Shown here: piece by piece, positions 60,373 to 64,000 of the stretch | How the letters are laid out: each line of letters begins with the position of its first letter | How positions within the stretch are numbered: position 1 is the stretch's first letter | Source of the DNA: Polymyxa betae A26-41 | Taxonomy: Eukaryota > Protista > Endomyxa: Phytomyxea | Length of the DNA stretch: 64,000 bases | Direction of reading: 5' to 3' | Assembly: GCA_003693705.1 (NCBI GenBank) | Contig: RBZT01000751.1 | Span: forward strand, 1-64,000 | Position numbers and translations under genes: made by a program | The notes under the pieces: generated by a model | What the model saw: only the letters and a program-made list of their open reading frames with translations | Databases searched by the model: none | What the model was told of the DNA's origin: nothing

Positions 60373-61305
60373 TTATACGGGAGAATGCATTCTGCCAATA
60401 TGGTGACGTTTATGTCTGAGCCACATCAACCCAACGCCTGCCAAAATCCCAAATAGCACAGCTCCTCCTACAGACGATGCAATGATCACTGCTTGGGCGG
60501 TCCTTGACGAATCGTCATCTGGTAGTGCTGGGCTTGGAGTTTCCTGGCTTGGAACACTGTCGTTTGCTTGGTCTTTGGAGCTGGCGACTTCGCTCGGTGG
60601 CGCAGGCGTCGCGGGCAGCGTGAAATCGGCGATCGGTGGGATCGGCGGGATACCGAAAGCACTATTGGCGTTGGGAAGACTGCCGGGACCTGGCATAGCT
60701 GGATTGATAGCATTGTTGTTGAGCAGACCATTGGTAGGATCTGTCATGGACCGACCTGGCCCCGGCTGTCGCGCCTGTCCTTGCTGTTGGGGTAATGGGG
60801 CGCCTTCTGGGGCCTGTCCTTGTTGCTGGGGTGGTGGGATGTCCTCATTGGCAGCCTTCTCAGCCTGATGCTGTTGGATCTGCTGTTTTTGCTGGTCCAG
60901 CACCTGGTCGACCACATTCTCGTCGCCAGGTCGTGGCTCGCCGGCCCCACCAGGAGATGGCGCTGTGATACCAGATCCATAACCTCCAGGCTGGTCTGGG
61001 CCGATGTTATCGACCCCAACGCTACTGAGCAGATCCTTTAAGATTGGATGAGGGTCGCTTGGGTCGGGATCTTGAGCCTGTGAGGCCTGGATAGGCAGAG
61101 GATCTTGCTGGCCTTGGGCCGGCATTGGCTCACCAGCCTGTGGCGCTTGGATTGGAGCTTCTGCAGCTTCAACAGGCAGAGATTGACCACCATATGCACC
61201 CTCAATAGGCGTAGAGTCTGGCAATTGAGGAGCATCAATCTGCTGCGGTTCTTGCTGAGCGAATACGACGTGCGCTAGCAGCAGAAGAACGGTGGCTGCC
61301 TTCAT
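60373..61305 (-). CDS. Pro/Gln-rich type I membrane protein
   Basis: Signal MKAATVLLLLAHVVFA; low-complexity ectodomain; TM IIASSVGGAVLFGILAGVGLMWL; short basic tail. Confidence 0.8.
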   Translation of the reverse strand: MKAATVLLLLAHVVFAQQEPQQIDAPQLPDSTPIEGAYGGQSLPVEAAEAPIQAPQAGEPMPAQGQQDPLPIQASQAQDPDPSDPHPILKDLLSSVGVDNIGPDQPGGYGSGITAPSPGGAGEPRPGDENVVDQVLDQQKQQIQQHQAEKAANEDIPPPQQQGQAPEGAPLPQQQGQARQPGPGRSMTDPTNGLLNNNAINPAMPGPGSLPNANSAFGIPPIPPIADFTLPATPAPPSEVASSKDQANDSVPSQETPSPALPDDDSSRTAQAVIIASSVGGAVLFGILAGVGLMWLRHKRHHIGRMHSPV

Positions 61306-61851
61306 TCTGAAATTGGATAAATGCAATGCTCAACAATTTCGAAATGATGTTTGGTGGGTCATGAAGCAAGAGGGAATCGCCTTCGGTCGATCATTACCAC
61401 AAAGAACCTGTTGACATCAGCCGGTCAAAATCGGCGTCCTGATAAAATATGGTAATCGAAGCTACAATTATGCATACGGCTAAGCCACATTTTCTACAGA
61501 TAAGTAGGAGCCATCAACAAAAGGGAATAATATCGAAAAAAACTCGCTCATTCATGACTGAATCTTTTTGTACGATGAGAACATTCCCTCAAAAGATTCT
61601 TTATAGGATAATCAGCGATCATTCGAGAAAGCATAACTAGCGCGTTATGTCCTGGGCAGAAAACTCGGGCAGTCGACCAATCGATTTAGATCGAGAAATC
61701 GTTCAAAAGCGATTGAAAAATTCGGGCATATTAGCGCTACGGACAATATATGACGAGGTCGTGAATGCGTGGCGGACTCCGCCTCCCAATTTCCTCAGCC
61801 GTGTTCCTCTAATTTCGCTCGTGGTCGCCATCGTCGCCAACGCCATCCACG

Positions 61852-62298
61852 ATGTCGTCGACGCCGTTCACCCTGCGTACCCGCAAGTTTATGTCCAACC
61901 GCTTGCTGAACCGCAAGCAGATGGTGAGAAGGTCGCTGTCGCTGAATTCCACCATTCAAATTGATTCTTAGATCCTGGATGTCATCCATCCCAACCGTGC
62001 CTCTGTGTCTAAGGCCGATATCACCGAACAGCTCGCTCGTACCTTCAAGGTGAAGGATGTTAAGACGATCTTCGTTTTCGGTTTCAAAATCGCCTTCGGT
62101 GGTGGCAAATCGACCGGTTTCGCCCTGATCTACGATTCCCTGGACGATGCTCGTCTGACCGAGCCCAAATACCGCCTGGTCCGCAATGGCATGGCCCAGT
62201 CTGTGGAGAAGTCTCGTAAACAGATTAAGGAATTGAAGAACCGACGAAAGAAGGTTCGCGGCACTGAGAAGGCCAAGATCGGAGGTGGTGCCAAATAA
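61852..62298 (+). CDS. RPS24: 40S ribosomal protein S24 (eS24)
   Basis: TLRTRKFMSNRLLNRKQM | intron 61924-61971 | ILDVIHP...FGGGKSTGFALIYDS...EPKYRL. Confidence 0.97.
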
Positions 62299-62665
62299 AC
62301 AATACAATACACATTTCTATGTTCATTTCTTAACCGATGGGTCACCTTTCAGTTGATTCGTTTGAATATGTTTGGAAAATCTCTTGGTTTTTCAAATCAT
62401 CTCAGACCAGGTTTATATTATCTCTTTTTATGAAGGTTCTATGCCCTGGGAGTTCTTCGGCATTCAGGGTTATCCGGATCTAAAAGTTTCTGGAAGCGCC
62501 GAGTGCCTGATTGCTGCTTAGAACATGCCATAGAAAGAAACTTTGTCAGATCAGAAGGTCGCGAGATTCGAGGCCTGTCTTTGTCGATCTCTTTTTCTTA
62601 ACTGGAGTCGTGTATCGCTAATCGCACTTAACAGATGGTCGGCTCGTCTGTGGTGATCAGTTCCC

Positions 62666-64000
62666 ATGAGTAAGGATTACTATGCCATCTTGGGCATCAG
62701 CCGCGATGCCACCGACGAACAGATTCGCCATGCCTACCGAAAGATGGCTCTCCGATACCATCCAGGTTGCTGTCGACTGGTCGTTTTTCGGACCGCTCTC
62801 TTTTGAGTTCTGATAGACAAGAACCCTGGCGATAAAGAAGCTGCTGGTGCTAAATTTCTCGAAATTGCTGAGGCTTTCGATGTTCTTGGAGATTGTCAGT
62901 ACTTCGATTGTTTGCAAGTTTCGCCTGATTAGTCGCCCCAAGTGTCTATTCAAGCTATCAAATTATGCTGTTCAAATTTTCGCTGCTTAGCGTGGCTTTG
63001 TTTGCAAATTTTAGCAACGAGGGCCCTGCTATCAAATAGTCTTACTTTGAATTCTTTTAGTGGAAAAAAAGGAAGTTTACGATCGATTTGGAGCCGAAGG
63101 TCTCGAAGCTGGATTCGACGATGGTCAAGAGCATCAACAGGGCTATCATGGCTTCAGCGGCGACGCTGAGGAATTCTTCGCCCAAGTATCAAATTCTCCT
63201 GTCTATTCGTTTATTGGATTAACAACGTCCTCTAGTTCTTCAACGAAAACGGAGTATTCAACAGACCGCCAAATTTCGATTCAGCTGGAATTCCAATGGC
63301 CAATTCGGGCTATCCTTTCGGTTCTCAGACCAATCCAGGCCTTCCTAAATCCCCTCCCATTCTGGTAATGCTGCGCCTTGTTTTCGAAAATGCTGGAATT
63401 CAACTCGTAATTTTTAGCATGATATCCCGTTGTCGTTGGAGGAATTATTCACGGGGATCGTGAAGAAGATGAAGGTGACCCGGATACGGAAGGGCGTGGA
63501 TGAACCGACAATTCTCGCGATAGACGTCAAGTTAAACTGGCTTTTGCATAATTAGTACAAATTCTTATATACAATTAGGAGAGGATGGAAAGCTGGAACT
63601 CGAATAACGTTTTTCGGTGCGAAAGCCGCCTCTGTTCTGATTGCTTTTCGCATTCTTATTGGATGCATAGAGGAAGGTGACGAGCTACCGAACTTCACTC
63701 CAGCAGATATCATATTCGTGATCCAAGAGAAACCACATCCATTGTTTAAGCGTCTCGATAGCCACCTCTTACACGAAGTGAAAGTTTCCCTTAAACACGT
63801 CCGTTTTGTGTGTGAATGGCTATCTCCTGATAATCTCTCTCAATTAGGCATTGACTGGATTCGCTGTTGAAGTAATAGGCATTGATGCACAGAAACTTCG
63901 TATTCGTGTGAAGCCCCTAATGGTTCGACCAGTCTGCTTGCTGTGAATTCAAACTGAAATTTGTTTTAGTCTTCATCGTATCGGAAAGTGGTGAGCGGCC
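62666..64000 (+). CDS. Class II DnaJ/Hsp40 (DNAJB type), truncated by the window end
   Basis: KDYYAILG...MALRYHP|DKN; [16 protein letters not shown]; [10 protein letters not shown]; [11 protein letters not shown]. Confidence 0.93.

Noticed and set aside
1-64000. CRISPR array, rRNA or prokaryotic operon
   Set aside because: No regularly spaced repeats or rRNA motifs were seen, and the genes carry spliceosomal introns.

Overview
Eukaryotic nuclear DNA from a compact genome with many ~45-60 nt spliceosomal introns and short intergenic gaps. Intron size, moderate GC and gene content suggest a plasmodiophorid (Phytomyxea) plant parasite, possibly Spongospora; this is inference only. The window has two parts. 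(1) About 1-17.4 kb is an accessory island. It holds transposon relics (gag-like, hAT-like), a tRNA-Ser gene, scattered telomere-like motifs, a 4-exon Crypton-like tyrosine recombinase (YR) gene (13246-15716, minus) and two paralogous 6-exon genes (2018-4090, 8627-10702) that the ORF track shows only as fragments. Spliced by hand, the paralogs encode ~600-aa proteins with a signal peptide, an FDLN (EAR-like) motif, a basic NLS-like motif and three tandem copies of a Cys/His domain. That domain aligns without gaps to the C-terminal domain of the neighbouring YR. This candidate transposon-derived, secreted nuclear effector family is the main finding. (2) About 17.5-64 kb is gene-dense core DNA: H2A.X, Nudix, a UBL-UBA-UBR protein, RING-C2H2, aquaporin, CLEC16A, a twin-repeat CNG-like channel with a DEP-like domain, GGTase-I beta, a GH5 EGCrP-like enzyme, NELF-A, a TreT-like GT4, Ap4A phosphorylase, a phosphate carrier plus its pseudogene, a cold-shock protein, YjjX, DM13, a TspO-like protein, RhoGEF, GAR1, CCDC47, PRP19, RPS24 and a DnaJ. 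All gene models and homologies were read by eye; no searches were run.
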